This document shows, piece by piece, positions 26,967 to 36,218 of a DNA stretch of 64,000 bases. The translations under genes and the position numbers were made by a program. This DNA is from Paracoccaceae bacterium (GTDB taxonomy: Bacteria; Pseudomonadota; Alphaproteobacteria; Rhodobacterales; Rhodobacteraceae). The DNA lies in the NCBI GenBank assembly GCA_027489375.1, contig JAIXZW010000009.1:8461-72460 (forward strand), written 5' to 3'. How positions within the stretch are numbered: the first letter of the stretch is position 1; the number at the start of each line of letters is the position of its first letter. Under the pieces are notes generated by a model. It ran no database searches, was not told where the DNA came from, and saw only the letters and a program-made list of their open reading frames with translations.

Positions 26967-27290
26967 TCAGTCGGTGTCTTTGCGCCCTTCGCCCCTGCGT
27001 TCGGGGCCGGGTGGTGCTTTTCCGGGCGGTGCTTTTCCGGGCGGTGCTTTGCGGACCAGATCGGAAAGCGGTGAAAGCGCCGCTGCGAGATAGCCGACCT
27101 GAAGGGCTGCGAAGAGAAGCAGCGTCACGCCCCAGCCCGCGAAGGCATAGCCCGCAAGCCAGCGGAACAGGAGAATAGCCACAAAGGCGAGCATGAGCAC
27201 GACCAACCCGCCCACGCGGAACAGCACGGCAGCGACCGCACCGAGGCAAAGCATGATCGCGATGGCGGAAAGGAGGAAGGGCAAGGACAA
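26967..27290 (-). CDS. small polytopic membrane protein with (KAPPG)x3 tail, function unknown
   Basis: About 85 hydrophobic residues, then RKAPPGKAPPGKAPPGPERRGEGRKDTD. GC3 is high in the hydrophobic part. The TTG start has GAAAGG 11 nt upstream. ATG 27254 is an alternative start. Confidence 0.5.
   Translation of the reverse strand: MSLPFLLSAIAIMLCLGAVAAVLFRVGGLVVLMLAFVAILLFRWLAGYAFAGWGVTLLLFAALQVGYLAAALSPLSDLVRKAPPGKAPPGKAPPGPERRGEGRKDTD
27013..27051. repeat. 15-bp tandem repeat x2.6 (GGTGCTTTTCCGGGC)
   Basis: Directly adjacent copies at 27013-27027, 27028-27042 and a partial copy at 27043-27051. They encode KAPPG repeats on the minus strand. Confidence 0.9.
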
Positions 27291-27416
27291 GTGACTCGGG
27301 CCTTTCGGGTGCGGCGTCAGCCTATATCAGCCCGCGCTGTCGGGCCAACCCCTACGCGGATGCAACCCTTGGCGGTTGCCGTGCGTTGGGGTGGGCAGGA
27401 CCAAGCGGGGTAAGCA

Positions 27417-28397
27417 ATGCCGGCACGGGGGAAAAAGGCGGGGCGGGGTGACGGGCCGGAGGTTTCGGTCATCATCGCGGCATGGCAGGCCGAAGGCTTT
27501 CTGGTGCGCAGCATCGAGAATGCCTTGGCGCAAGAGGGCGTGACGGTCGAGGTGATCGTGGTCGACGATGCCTCGGAGGACGACACCTATGGCGTGGCGC
27601 GGGCGATGGCCGATCGGGACGGGCGCGTCACGGCGCTGCGTCTGGCCGAGAATTCCGGCCCTTCGGGCGCGCGCAATGCGGCACTGGCCGTGGCGCGGGG
27701 AGAGTGGGTGGCGGTGCTCGATGCCGATGACCGCATGGCCCCGCGCCGCTTGCAGCGCATGATCGCGCTGGCCGGGGCGCAGGGGGCGGACCTTGTGCTG
27801 GGCAATCTGGCCGAGGTGGATGAAACCGGCGCCGCGATTTCGGACGAACCTTTCGTCACCGATCCCGATGTGCCGATGCGCCTGACGGCGGAGCGGTTCG
27901 TCGCGGGCAATCTGCGGGTCGTGGGGGGGCATAACCTCGGCTATCTCAAACCGCTGATCCGGCGGGGGTTTCTGGAGGGCGAGGGGATTTCCTATGACAC
28001 CGATCTGCGGAACGGCGAGGATTTCCATCTGGTGCTGTGCTGTCTTCTGTCCGGCGCGGAGGTCTGGTTCAGCCCCGATCCCGATTACCTTTACACGCGG
28101 CGGCGGGGGTCGGTTTCGGCGGCCTCGGCGGTGGAGCATATCACCGCGCTGATCCGCGCCGAGACGGATATGCTGATCCACCCTTCGCTGACGCCCGAGC
28201 TGCGCGAGTTGCTGGACAAGCGGCGGCGGGGGTTGGGCGATCTGCGGACGACCGAGACGGTGTTGCAGGCGCTGAAGGCGCGGCGGATCGGGCGGGCGCG
28301 GGCGGCGCTGGCGGCGCGGCCACGGGCGGCGGCGCTGGTGCTGCGGCAATTGTCCGAAGGGCTGATCCGGCGGCTGCGGCGGGTTCAACTGCCGTAG
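27417..28397 (+). CDS. glycosyltransferase family 2
   Basis: VSVIIAAWQAEGFLVRSIENALAQEGVTVEVIVVDDASEDDT and LDADD. Confidence 0.85.
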   Translation: MPARGKKAGRGDGPEVSVIIAAWQAEGFLVRSIENALAQEGVTVEVIVVDDASEDDTYGVARAMADRDGRVTALRLAENSGPSGARNAALAVARGEWVAVLDADDRMAPRRLQRMIALAGAQGADLVLGNLAEVDETGAAISDEPFVTDPDVPMRLTAERFVAGNLRVVGGHNLGYLKPLIRRGFLEGEGISYDTDLRNGEDFHLVLCCLLSGAEVWFSPDPDYLYTRRRGSVSAASAVEHITALIRAETDMLIHPSLTPELRELLDKRRRGLGDLRTTETVLQALKARRIGRARAALAARPRAAALVLRQLSEGLIRRLRRVQLP

Positions 28398-29263
28398 GCA
28401 TCGCGCTTGGCCGGTTTCACCACGCCGCGGACAACACCAAGGTGGAAGGCGGCGCGAAGGCCCCAATAGGCAAGGCGCGGGCGGTTGGTGGCATGGGGCA
28501 AGGCGGCTGCTGTGCAAAGCGCGGCTTTCGCAAGTGCGGTGGCCAGAAGCACGGGGCGCGCCTTGCCCGCGCTGGTGGCGTAGTGCTGCCCTTCGGCCAT
28601 GCGGCGTTCGGCGAGCCACGAGAGTTTGAGGCGGTGGGGCGAAACCTCTTCCGTCACCTCGGCCTTGTCGCAGATGGCGAGGGTCAGGCCCGCACGATGG
28701 AGGCGGAAGAAGAAATCCGTATCCTCTCCCCCCGACCGGCCCAAGGCGGGGTCGAAACGGAAGGCGGCGGCCGGGGTGCCCGCAAGGCGGAAGAGCACGT
28801 TGCAGCTATGGCCGGTTTCCACCACCCCGCCGCGCCGTTGCGGCAGATTGGAGTGGAAGTCGTTGAGCCTGATCCAGTCGGGGGCCGAGGCGGGGTAGAT
28901 GGCGCGGGCAGGGCCGAAGACGGCATCGGCACCCTGCGCTTCGGCACAGGCGAGAAGGCGGGCGATCCAGTCGGGCGGGGCGGTTTCGTCATCGTCGAGA
29001 AAGGCGATCCAGCCATCGCGGGCGGCATCGAGGCAGGCATTGCGTGCGACCGAGATGTTGCGGGCAGGGGCGTGGATGTAATGGACGGGGACGGGTGTTT
29101 CGACGGCGCGGACGCGCGAGAGGGCCGAGGGCGCCTCGTCATTGTCGGCCACGATGATGCGCAAGGCGTGCCCTTCGGGAAGCGCCTGAGCGGCGGCGGA
29201 GCGGATCGCGGCCACCACGCTGTCACGGCGGAAGGTGCAGATGCAGATGTCGACCGTATCCAT
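28385..29263 (-). CDS. glycosyltransferase family 2 (ExoM-like)
   Basis: MDTVDICICTFRRDSVVAAIRSAAAQALPEGHALRIIVADNDEAPSA and FLDDDE. The start was set at ATG 29263. Confidence 0.8.
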   Translation of the reverse strand: MDTVDICICTFRRDSVVAAIRSAAAQALPEGHALRIIVADNDEAPSALSRVRAVETPVPVHYIHAPARNISVARNACLDAARDGWIAFLDDDETAPPDWIARLLACAEAQGADAVFGPARAIYPASAPDWIRLNDFHSNLPQRRGGVVETGHSCNVLFRLAGTPAAAFRFDPALGRSGGEDTDFFFRLHRAGLTLAICDKAEVTEEVSPHRLKLSWLAERRMAEGQHYATSAGKARPVLLATALAKAALCTAAALPHATNRPRLAYWGLRAAFHLGVVRGVVKPAKRDAYGS

Positions 29264-29375
29264 GCCGTGCCAACCCTGACGCGGCGCAGCGGTTCCGCAG
29301 ATGCGAGATGCGGCGGAACCTGCCGTGGGTCGGGGCGTTCCCTTGCGGGGATGAAAGCAGGACAAGGAAGACCGC

Positions 29376-31169
29376 GTGCGGGACGCTTATGCCAAGATTT
29401 TCGAGTTGTTCGATCTGCGGGAACGGCGGCGCTTTGCGCTGCTGGTCGTGCTGGTCATGGCGATGGGGCTGTTCGACGTGCTGGGCGTTGCCTCGGTCCT
29501 GCCGTTTCTGGCGGTGGTGTCGGACCCGACGACCATCGAACGCAGCGACTGGCTGTCGTGGTTCCGCGACCTGATCGGCACGCAGACGACGACCGGCTTC
29601 ATGATGGTGCTGGGGTTCACCGTCTTTGCCTTCGTGCTGATCACCACGATCTTTCGCGCGGCGACCTTCTACGCGCTGACGCGGTTTACCAAGATGCGGA
29701 TGGTCAGCCTCGCCACACGGTTGATGGAGGTCTATCTGAGCCAGCCCTATGTGTGGTTTTTGGGGCGGCATTCGTCGGACCTTGGCAAGACGATCCTGTC
29801 GGAGGTGACGCTGGTCGTGAACGGGCCGGTCACGGCGGCGATGCGGCTTTTGGCGAACGGGGTGATGCTGGCGCTGCTGGTGGTGTTCCTGTTCGCGATG
29901 GAGCCTTTGGCGGCCCTTGGCGGGGTAGTGATCTTTGGCGGGACCTACGGGCTGATCTTCCTGGCCACGCGGATGAAGCTGAGCCGGATGGGCCGCGGCC
30001 GCGTCGAGGCGAACAAGGCGCAGTTCCAGATCATCCACGAGGCGATGGCGGGCATCAAGAACGTCAAGATCCGCGGGCTGGAGCGGAGCTATCTGGAGCG
30101 GTTCCGCATCCCCTCGCACGCCAACGCCCGGCAGCAGGCGGGGCTGGCGCTGATTTCGGAACTGCCGCGCCAGTTGCTCGAGGTGATCGCCTTTGGTGGC
30201 ATGGTGCTGTTCGTGCTGTGGCTGCTTGCGCGCAATGACGGGGTGATCGGGGATATCGTGCCGATCCTTGGCGTCTATGCCTTTGCGGCGGCGCGGATGT
30301 TTCCGACGATCCAACAGTTGTTCTCGGCCATTTCGGAAATCCGCTTCGGCAAGCCCGCGCTGGACCAGTTGCACCGCGAGTTGCTGCAAGGCACCGGAGC
30401 GCGGTTGCCCGAGGGGCAGGCCAAGCCCATCCCGCTGCGCGAGACGCTGGAGCTGGACCGCGTGACCTTTGCCTTTCCCAATGCGGAACGGGCGGCGCTG
30501 CGGGAATTGTCGCTGGTGATCAAGGCCAATACCACGGTCGGGATCGTGGGGTCCACGGGTGCGGGCAAGACGACCTGCGTGGACCTGATCCTTGGCCTTT
30601 TGTCGCCGCAGTCGGGGGCGTTGCGGGTGGATGGCACGGTGATCGACGAAGACAATGTGCGGGGCTGGCAGAAGTCGGTCGGCTATGTGCCGCAGGAGAT
30701 CTTCCTGATCGACGACACGGTTGCGGCCAACATCGCCTTTGGCGTGCCGACCGCGTCGATCGACTTGGAGGCCGTGCGGGCGGCGGCGCGGGTGGCGGAG
30801 CTGGACGACTTCGTGATGACCCTGCCGCAGGGATACGCGACCGAGGTTGGCGAGCGTGGCGCACGGCTTTCGGGCGGGCAGCGGCAGCGGATCGGCATTG
30901 CGCGGGCGCTGTATTCCAACCCCGACATCCTTGTCTTCGACGAGGCGACGAGTGCGCTCGACACCCTGACCGAGCGGGCGATCATGGCCGCCATCGGGGC
31001 GCTGGGACATTCCAAGACCATCGTCGTCATCGCGCACCGCCTGTCGACCGTGCGGCATTGCGACATGGTCTATCTGCTGCGGGACGGGCGGGTCGAGGCA
31101 GCGGACCATTACGAGGGTCTGGTCGCCAAGAACGACCATTTCCGCGCCCTGCATGAAGCAACGGCCTGA
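29376..31169 (+). CDS. fused permease/ATPase ABC exporter (MsbA/PglK/ExsA-like)
   Basis: Six-TM N-domain with FALLVVLVMAMGLFDVLGVASVLPFLAVVSDP. The NBD has GSTGAGKTT, LSGGQRQRIGIARAL and LVFDEATSALD. There is no C39 peptidase or CLD domain. Confidence 0.85.
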   Translation: MRDAYAKIFELFDLRERRRFALLVVLVMAMGLFDVLGVASVLPFLAVVSDPTTIERSDWLSWFRDLIGTQTTTGFMMVLGFTVFAFVLITTIFRAATFYALTRFTKMRMVSLATRLMEVYLSQPYVWFLGRHSSDLGKTILSEVTLVVNGPVTAAMRLLANGVMLALLVVFLFAMEPLAALGGVVIFGGTYGLIFLATRMKLSRMGRGRVEANKAQFQIIHEAMAGIKNVKIRGLERSYLERFRIPSHANARQQAGLALISELPRQLLEVIAFGGMVLFVLWLLARNDGVIGDIVPILGVYAFAAARMFPTIQQLFSAISEIRFGKPALDQLHRELLQGTGARLPEGQAKPIPLRETLELDRVTFAFPNAERAALRELSLVIKANTTVGIVGSTGAGKTTCVDLILGLLSPQSGALRVDGTVIDEDNVRGWQKSVGYVPQEIFLIDDTVAANIAFGVPTASIDLEAVRAAARVAELDDFVMTLPQGYATEVGERGARLSGGQRQRIGIARALYSNPDILVFDEATSALDTLTERAIMAAIGALGHSKTIVVIAHRLSTVRHCDMVYLLRDGRVEAADHYEGLVAKNDHFRALHEATA

Positions 31170-31182
31170 AGGAGAAACCCAG

Positions 31183-31917
31183 ATGAAGCGCATGGTCCTT
31201 GCGGCAGCGATCCTGCTTGCCACGCCGGTCTTTGCCATCGACCTGAAATCGGACTGGCGGGTGTCGGATTGGCCCGCCGGCCAAACCTCGATCATGGCTT
31301 GGTCGAGTGCGAATGTGCGGGCGGGCGAGGGGGGGATCGATCTGGTGCTTGGCGCGAACCCCGCCGCCGAAGTGGGGGCGGATACGCGGCCCTTTCTGGG
31401 GGGCGAGGTGCAGTCGAAGCGCGTGGCCGAGACGGGTGTGTGGTCATGGCGGGCGCGGGCGCCGAAAATGGTGGAAGGGGCGGTGTTCGGCATGTTCCTT
31501 TATCGCGCCGACCACGAGGGCGACCCGTGGCGCGAATATGACATCGAATTCGTCGGCGCGGGCACGACCGAGGTGGAGTTGAACATCCATTTCGAGGATG
31601 CGGCGGGGCGGCACGTGTCGCTTCTGGGGGGGCCGAAGAAGGTGGATCTGGGCTTCGATGCCGCCGCCGGTTTCCATGACTACGAGATCGAGGTGATGGC
31701 AGAGCGGGCCGTGTTCCGCATCGACGGCAAGGTCGTGGGGGATTTCGGCCCTGCGGACGTGGAAGGGTCGGTCTGGAGCACGGGGCCGCTGCGGTCTTTT
31801 GTCGACCTTTGGGCGGTGCAGCCCGCGCAGGCGGGTTGGGCCGGTGTGTGGGATTATGACGGCGTGCCGCTTACCGCGACGCTGGCTGGGGGAGAGCTTC
31901 CGCCTGTTGCGAAGTGA
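31183..31917 (+). CDS. secreted GH16 endo-beta-1,3-1,4-glycanase (ExoK-like)
   Basis: Signal peptide MKRMVLAAAILLATPVFA and catalytic motif WREYDIEFVG. An RBS (GAAGGAGAA) is present. Confidence 0.85.
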   Translation: MKRMVLAAAILLATPVFAIDLKSDWRVSDWPAGQTSIMAWSSANVRAGEGGIDLVLGANPAAEVGADTRPFLGGEVQSKRVAETGVWSWRARAPKMVEGAVFGMFLYRADHEGDPWREYDIEFVGAGTTEVELNIHFEDAAGRHVSLLGGPKKVDLGFDAAAGFHDYEIEVMAERAVFRIDGKVVGDFGPADVEGSVWSTGPLRSFVDLWAVQPAQAGWAGVWDYDGVPLTATLAGGELPPVAK

Positions 31918-33190
31918 TCTTGACCGCAAGCGCGGGCGAGGACATCTCGTCCGGCAGGGGCAGGCGGATTTCCAGCACGTCACCGGGTTCGAGCGTGGTG
32001 TCACGCTCGACGGGGACCGAGACGAGCTTGCCCCCCTTGCGGCGGGCGAGTTCGAGGATCGGCGCACCGAAGCCACGGGTGGAGACGAAGCCATCGCCGT
32101 TCTGCATCGCTTCGGCATAGAGCGCCGCTTCGGTCTTGAGCTTGATCTGGATTTCCGAGATTTCGGCCTGCGTCACGGACAGGCTGTCGAGGATGTCGCG
32201 CTTGCGGGCGTTGAGGATGTCGGAGCGGTCCTGCTTCACCTCGACCACGCGCTGTTCGGCGGTGAGGCGGGCGGTTTCGAGTTCCAGCATCCGCACCTCT
32301 TCATCCGCGACGCGGGTTTGCAGGTCGCTGCGGCGGCTGGCGACGGTCAGGCCCTTTTCGACCATATCGGTGGTTTTCGACAACTCCTCTTTGGCCAGCT
32401 CGATCTGTGATTGGCGAAGTTCGACCTGCTTGCCGAGGCGGTCGATTTCTTCGTTCAGCAGTTTTTCAAGGCTGGAAAGCTGGACCATCTGGGACTTGAT
32501 CTCGGAATCGCGGGCGGCTTTCACCTCGCGTTCGCGGCGGAGGAGGTCTTCGGCGGCGGGGCTGTTGGCCAGTTCCTTGTCGGGGATCAGGTCAGGGCGC
32601 GAGGCGAGTTCGGCCTCGAGCCGCGCCTTTTCGGCAAGGCGGGTGTAGAGCTGGACGCGCAGCACCTCGTAATTGCCCAAGCTGGCAAGGGCGCTGCGTT
32701 CGTTCTGCAAGAAGGTGGTTTCGGGGCGGCGGAAGCCACCGGCAAGGCCCACGGCTTCGATCGCGTTCATGCCGGGGGCGAAGGGGATCGCGCCGGGCAT
32801 CTGCACCTCGCCGATCACGTAGACGGGGCGGTATTCGGCGACCTCGACCGAAGCGTTGATGCTGGTGGTGACGCCAAGGCTTTCCTGAATCCTGGTCACG
32901 ATGGATTGCGCCAGTTCATCCGCCGAAAGGCCGGAGGCCATGACCGAACCCGCCATCGGAACGGAAACGTAGCCATCGGCACCGATGGTGTATTCGCCCC
33001 CCGCATCGGTCCAAGAAACATAGGTCTGGGTCGCGGAATCCCATGAACCGATGCGGATCGTCAGCTTTTCGCGCGGACCAAGGCGATAGGCTGCGGTCGC
33101 GGTTGCGGCGGCGGGGGCGGCCACGGTCTGGGCGGTGGCGGGAAGGGCGGTGGAGAGGAGAAGCGCGCAGAGAAGGGGTTCAAACCGCAT
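31871..33190 (-). CDS. outer-membrane polysaccharide export protein (Wza/ExoF family) with long coiled-coil C-part
   Basis: Signal peptide MRFEPLLCALLLSTALPATAQ. A Poly_export/SLBB-like region (YRLGPREKLTIRIG...VYVIGEVQMPGAIPF). It overlaps the exoK-like 3' end by 47 bp (convergent). Confidence 0.8.
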   Translation of the reverse strand: MRFEPLLCALLLSTALPATAQTVAAPAAATATAAYRLGPREKLTIRIGSWDSATQTYVSWTDAGGEYTIGADGYVSVPMAGSVMASGLSADELAQSIVTRIQESLGVTTSINASVEVAEYRPVYVIGEVQMPGAIPFAPGMNAIEAVGLAGGFRRPETTFLQNERSALASLGNYEVLRVQLYTRLAEKARLEAELASRPDLIPDKELANSPAAEDLLRREREVKAARDSEIKSQMVQLSSLEKLLNEEIDRLGKQVELRQSQIELAKEELSKTTDMVEKGLTVASRRSDLQTRVADEEVRMLELETARLTAEQRVVEVKQDRSDILNARKRDILDSLSVTQAEISEIQIKLKTEAALYAEAMQNGDGFVSTRGFGAPILELARRKGGKLVSVPVERDTTLEPGDVLEIRLPLPDEMSSPALAVKITSQQAEALPQPASR

Positions 33191-35282
33191 GGAGCAGCCT
33201 TTCTTCGAAATCGCCCTGCCGCATGTAGAGGCGGGCGCGTTTCAGGTCGGCCCCGACGAGGATCGTGGTGGCGACGGGGCGCAGGCTTTCGCCATGCATC
33301 CGCGTGGCATCTTCGAGGAATTCGGGCGTGATCGACCCCCAGGGCAGGACCAGCAGGCTGGCATCCGCGGCGCGGGCGAGGGCGGTCGGGAAATTGGTGC
33401 GGGTGAGCGGCGGCAGGCAGAGGAGGACGGTTTGGAACCGTTCGCGCAGACGGTCGGTCGGGTTGTCGCGGGTAGGCAGGTCGGAAAGCTTCCACGTTTC
33501 CACGCGGTCCTGCGCGTTGAGGCGGCCGACCTGACCGGGCGTCAAGCCGCCAGCGTCGATGACGAGGACACGCTCGCCGTTGGCGGACAGGATTTCGGCG
33601 AAACTGCCGATGGGGAAGGCATCGCCCACCGCATCGACCGGCACGATGGCAAGGATGCGGCCTGTTTCCGCATCGCCCTTGGCCATGCGGTCGATGGCGG
33701 TGCGGGCACGGGTCAGGGTGCGGGTCAGCACGCGGCGGGCCTCGGTGTCGAGCTTGCGGCGCGGCGAGGGGGTGAGGCCCGCGCAGGTCAGGCCGGAGCG
33801 GTCCACCACATCTTTGGGCGTGCGCAGGCGCATTGGTCCCATCTCGCGCAGGGCGCCGATGATGATGCCCACGAGCGCGCCAAGGATCAGGCCAAGGAGG
33901 ACGAGGGCTTTCTTCTTCGGGCTGGAGGGCTGTTCGGGCATGTCGGCGGGCGAGATGATGCTGACCGAGGCGATGGGGAAGTTTTCCTGCTGCGCGGTGA
34001 TTTCGTAGCGTTCGAGGAAGTCGCGGTAGACGGTGGCATAGGTGTCGGCCACGGCTTCGAGCTGGGCGAGTTGGCCCATCACCTTGTCATCGCCCGTCAT
34101 GCGTTCGGAAAAGGTCGACAGGTCATCGCGGAGCGACGCTTCGCGGCTGCGGGCGATTTCGTATTGCGCCTTGGTCGCAAGGATGGCGCGGTCGAGTTCC
34201 TCGGCGATGGTGGTTTCGAGGATGGTCATCTGCTTTTTGAGCTGCTGCGCCTGCGGATGTTCCTCGCCGCGTTCGGCGACGATGGCGGTCCAGTTGCGGC
34301 GGGCCTTGATGTAATCGGTGCGGAGTTCGGACATGGTCTGGTCTGACGGGGTCAGGGTTTCCAGCGCCGAGATGGCGAGCACGTCGGGCTTGTCCTGCTT
34401 CATCAGGGTTTCGAAATTCTGCACGCGGGCGCGTAACTGGGCCACATCGGCCGAGGCGGTGACGAGCGCGGTGGTCAGGTCGGATTGCTGCTGGTCTGTC
34501 AGCAGGTTGCCCTGAAATTCGACAAGGTTGTGGCGGGCGCGGAATTGCTGCACCGCGCTGGTGGCATCGAGACTGCGTTGGGCAAGCACCTTGAGCCGTT
34601 CGTCGATCCATTCGCCCGCGTTGACCGCGAGTTTGGATTGGCTGGTGAGCTGGAATTGCACGTAGCTGTCCCCGTAAGCGCGTGCCACGGCGGCGGCGCG
34701 GGCGGGGTTGTGGTCGGAATAGGCGAGGATCAGCACGAAGCTGCGGCCCACGCGTTCGACGTAAAGGTTCTGGCGCAATGCGGCGGCGGCGGCTTCGCGG
34801 GCGGCGATCTTGGGGTCGACGGGTGGGCCGATGACTTCGGCCCCCCCGCCCGAGAAAAGACCGGCAACCGAGGACAGCGCGCCCGTCACACGGGCCACTG
34901 CGCCCACGGGCGGGTTCATGAAATCGGCATCCTGATCGAGGTTCAGGCGTTGCACCACTTCGAGCGCGAGAACCTGACTGCGCAGGATTTCGAGTTCGGA
35001 TTGCACCGTGGCATCGGAGCGCACGGCATTGGGCAGGGCGGACACCTGATTGAGAAGTTCGTTCCGCTCTTCGTCCAACAGGATGGTTTCCGTCGCCGAA
35101 TAGCGCGGGACCGAGCCGAGGATGAGGAGCAGCGCCAGCACGACGCCGATTGCCGCCGCCTTGGCGACAAGCGCCGCTTGCCGCCGTGCCGCCTGCGCCA
35201 GCTTTTCGCTGTCGATGACCTGCGACCCGGTCTCTGAATCTCCAAAGGCCGGGTGGCGGGGATTTGTCAGGGGTCCGTTCAT
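33180..35282 (-). CDS. polysaccharide co-polymerase / chain-length determinant (ExoP/Wzc/GumC family) with degenerate kinase-like domain
   Basis: A Wzz-type N-region, two TM helices and a long periplasmic coiled coil. The C-terminal P-loop-like domain lacks GK[ST] (ILAIVPVDAVGDAFP). Confidence 0.8.
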   Translation of the reverse strand: MNGPLTNPRHPAFGDSETGSQVIDSEKLAQAARRQAALVAKAAAIGVVLALLLILGSVPRYSATETILLDEERNELLNQVSALPNAVRSDATVQSELEILRSQVLALEVVQRLNLDQDADFMNPPVGAVARVTGALSSVAGLFSGGGAEVIGPPVDPKIAAREAAAAALRQNLYVERVGRSFVLILAYSDHNPARAAAVARAYGDSYVQFQLTSQSKLAVNAGEWIDERLKVLAQRSLDATSAVQQFRARHNLVEFQGNLLTDQQQSDLTTALVTASADVAQLRARVQNFETLMKQDKPDVLAISALETLTPSDQTMSELRTDYIKARRNWTAIVAERGEEHPQAQQLKKQMTILETTIAEELDRAILATKAQYEIARSREASLRDDLSTFSERMTGDDKVMGQLAQLEAVADTYATVYRDFLERYEITAQQENFPIASVSIISPADMPEQPSSPKKKALVLLGLILGALVGIIIGALREMGPMRLRTPKDVVDRSGLTCAGLTPSPRRKLDTEARRVLTRTLTRARTAIDRMAKGDAETGRILAIVPVDAVGDAFPIGSFAEILSANGERVLVIDAGGLTPGQVGRLNAQDRVETWKLSDLPTRDNPTDRLRERFQTVLLCLPPLTRTNFPTALARAADASLLVLPWGSITPEFLEDATRMHGESLRPVATTILVGADLKRARLYMRQGDFEERLLHAV

Positions 35283-35290
35283 CGGGTGCC

Positions 35291-36187
35291 TTATTGGGCT
35301 GCGTTCTGGAGGGCGACCATCGAATTGAGGTAGGAGCCGAATTCCTCGCGCAGTTCGGAGCGGGCGAGGGCGAAGGAGACGGTGGCCTGAAGGAAGCCCG
35401 CCTTTGAGCCGCAGTCGAAGCGGTCGCCCGAAAAGCGGTAGGCGTGGACGCCCTGACCTGCGGCGATCATCGCGGCGATGCCATCGGTCAACTGGATCTC
35501 GCCGCCTGCGCTTGGGGGCAGGCCGTCGAGGTGGTCGAAGATCGACGGATCGAGGATGTAGCGGCCGATCACGGCGAGGTTGGAGGGGGCCTTGTCGGCG
35601 GCGGGCTTTTCGACGATGCCACGCACTTCGGCCACGCGGCCCGCGACGCCCGCGACATCGAGGATGCCGTAGGACGAGGCGAGGGCGGGCGGAACCTCCA
35701 TCGCGGCGATGACCGAACCGCCGGTGCGGTTGTAGACGTCGATCATCTGCTTGAGGCAGGGGGTGGAGGCCGAGATCACGTCATCGGGCAGGATCACGGC
35801 GAAGGGTTCGTCCTGGATGAGATGGCGCGCGCAGGAAATGGCGTGGCCAAGGCCGAGCGCCTGATTTTGCCGCACATAGGTCACGGCGCCGCTGTCGAGC
35901 GTCACGTCATGGACGATGCGGAGAAGGTCTTTCTTGCCCGCCTTTGAAAGCGTGCGTTCCAGTTCGGGGGAACGGTCGAAATAGTCCTCGAGGTTCGATT
36001 TCCCGCGCGAGGTCACGAAGATCAACTGTTCGATGCCCGAGGCGAGCGCCTCGTCCACGGCGTATTGGATCAGGGGACGGTCAACGAGCGTCAGCGTTTC
36101 CTTGGGGATCGCCTTGGTGGCGGGAAGAAACCGCGTGCCAAGGCCCGCAACCGGAAAAATCGCCTTGGTGACTTTGGCGTTGGCCAT
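35291..36187 (-). CDS. galU: UTP--glucose-1-phosphate uridylyltransferase (GalU/ExoN)
   Basis: KAIFPVAGLGTRFLPATKAIPKETLTLVDRPLIQYAVDEA. An RBS (AGGAG) precedes ATG 36187. Confidence 0.9.
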   Translation of the reverse strand: MANAKVTKAIFPVAGLGTRFLPATKAIPKETLTLVDRPLIQYAVDEALASGIEQLIFVTSRGKSNLEDYFDRSPELERTLSKAGKKDLLRIVHDVTLDSGAVTYVRQNQALGLGHAISCARHLIQDEPFAVILPDDVISASTPCLKQMIDVYNRTGGSVIAAMEVPPALASSYGILDVAGVAGRVAEVRGIVEKPAADKAPSNLAVIGRYILDPSIFDHLDGLPPSAGGEIQLTDGIAAMIAAGQGVHAYRFSGDRFDCGSKAGFLQATVSFALARSELREEFGSYLNSMVALQNAAQ

Positions 36188-36218
36188 CGGGAATACTCCT
36201 GTCTGTTGGTGTCTTTGG

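Noticed and set aside
29376-31169. ABC exporter as the dedicated T1SS ABC for the RTX proteins
   Set aside because: I down-weighted this reading but did not exclude it. There is no adjacent HlyD-family adaptor, the gene sits among glycosyltransferases, and its N-terminus looks more PglK/MsbA-like. This needs phylogeny to resolve.
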